From the NCBI GenBank assembly GCA_046563655.1, contig CM102287.1:1302001-1366000 (forward strand): a DNA stretch of 64,000 nt, given 5' to 3'. How positions within the stretch are numbered: the first letter of the stretch is position 1; every line of letters begins with the position of its first letter. This DNA comes from Yuukianura sp. NJ FZ-2021 (lineage: Eukaryota). The notes under the pieces were generated by a model, which saw only the letters and a list, made by a program, of their open reading frames with translations, made no database searches and was not told where the DNA came from. Positions 62,801 through 64,000 of this stretch are shown one piece after another. Position numbers and translations under genes: made by a program.

Positions 62801-64000
62801 TGTTGTCTATAAAGGCTTATAATCTGGACACAATGCTAATTACCTCTGTACAAGCTCATTTTTTAAAGCAGCAGTTTGGTAAATTTCAAAACTTTGTTTC
62901 TGAGAAACCGCTCACATGCTGACAAACAATGGGTTTCTTGGAAATCAACAGGTTTGCCCGGTTACAAATTAGAGCATTAGTAGAATAACTTGTTGTCTAT
63001 AAAGGCTTATAATCTGGACACAATGCTAATTACCTCTGTACATGCTCATCTTTTAAAGCAGCAGTTTGGTAAATTTCAAAACTTTGTTTCTGAGAAACCG
63101 CTCACATGTTGACAAACAATAGGTTTTTTTGGAAATCATCAGGCTTGCCCGGTTACAAATTATAGCATTAGTAGAATAACTTGTTGTCTATAAAGGCTTA
63201 TAATCTGGACACAATGCTAATTACCTCTGTACAAGCTCATTTTTTAAAGCAGCAGTTTGGCAAATTTCAAAACTTCGTTTCTGAGAAACCGCTCACATGT
63301 AGCAAACAATGGTTTTTTTTTGGAAATCAACAGGTTTGCCCGGTTACAAATTAGAGCATTAGTAGAATAACTTGTTGTCTATAAAGGCTTATAATCTGGA
63401 CACAATGCTAATTACCTCTGTACACGCTCATTTTTTAAAGCAGCAGTTTGGTAAATTTCAAAACTTCGTTTCTGAGAAACCGCTCACATGTATGCAAACA
63501 ATGGTTTTTTTTGGAAATCAACAGGTTTGCCCGGTTACAAATTAGAGCATTAGTAGAATAACTTGTTGTCTATAAAGGCTTATAATCTGGACACAATGCT
63601 AATTACCTCTGTACAAGCTCATTTTTTAAAGCAGCAGTTTGGTAAATTTCAAAACTTCGTTTCTGAGAAACCGCTCACATGTATGCAAACAATGGGTTTT
63701 TTTGGAAATCAACAGGTTTGCTCGGTTACAAATTAGAGCATTAGTAGAATAACTTGTTGTCTATAAAGGCTTATAATCTGGACACAATGCTAATTACCTC
63801 TGTACACGCTCATTTTTTAAAGCAGCAGTTTGGTAAATTTCAAAACTTCGTTTCTGAGAAACCGCTCACATGTATGCAAACAATGGGGTTTTTTGGAAAT
63901 CAACAGGTTTGCCCGGTTACAAATTAGAGCATTAGTAGAATAACTTGTTGTCTATAAAGGCTTATAATCTGGACACAATGCTAATTACCTCTGTACACGC
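14864..64000. repeat. Tandem satellite array, ~190-bp monomer, about 258 head-to-tail copies, continuing past the window end
   Basis: Monomer reads ttgttgtctataaaggcttataatctggacacaatgctaattacctctgtacaagctcattttttaaagcagcagtttgg(c/t)aaatttcaaaacttcgtttctgagaaaccgctcacatgta(t)gcaaacaatgg(g)n(t)nggaaatcaacaggtttgcccggttacaaattagagcattagtagaataac. Period is about 186-195 bp, and no other insertion is seen. Confidence 0.99.

Noticed and set aside
14864..64000. CRISPR-like array
   Set aside because: There are no unique spacers because the whole monomer repeats, no cas genes are present, and the context is eukaryotic.

Overview
Eukaryotic repetitive DNA, probably from an invertebrate (arthropod-type TATA/TCAGT core promoters). 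About 14.9 kb of nested mobile elements is followed by about 49 kb of a ~190-bp tandem satellite. (1) A BEL/Pao LTR retrotransposon runs from before position 1 to an LTR at 10467-10965. Its gag-pro-RT-RH-IN polyprotein has lost the RT catalytic YxDD segment through an in-frame deletion. (2) Inserted in its protease region is a 6204-bp element (682-6885) with AG...CT termini, a perfect 6-bp target-site duplication (CTCAGA) and ~1.15-kb terminal inverted repeats (TIRs). These are Polinton/Maverick-type ends, but the element carries only a penton-like minor capsid gene, a small basic ORF and a hexon-like major capsid gene. It has no pPolB, integrase, ATPase or protease. This capsid-only mini-Polinton is the most unusual feature of the window. 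(3) The LTR is followed by a PBS and the start of a second BEL gag. That gag is cut off by a 5'-truncated L1/Tx1-like LINE whose poly(A) tail joins the internal A-run of a second, partial LTR ending at 14863. (4) The satellite array runs from 14864 to the window end. Protein family calls come from motif recognition by eye; no database searches were run.
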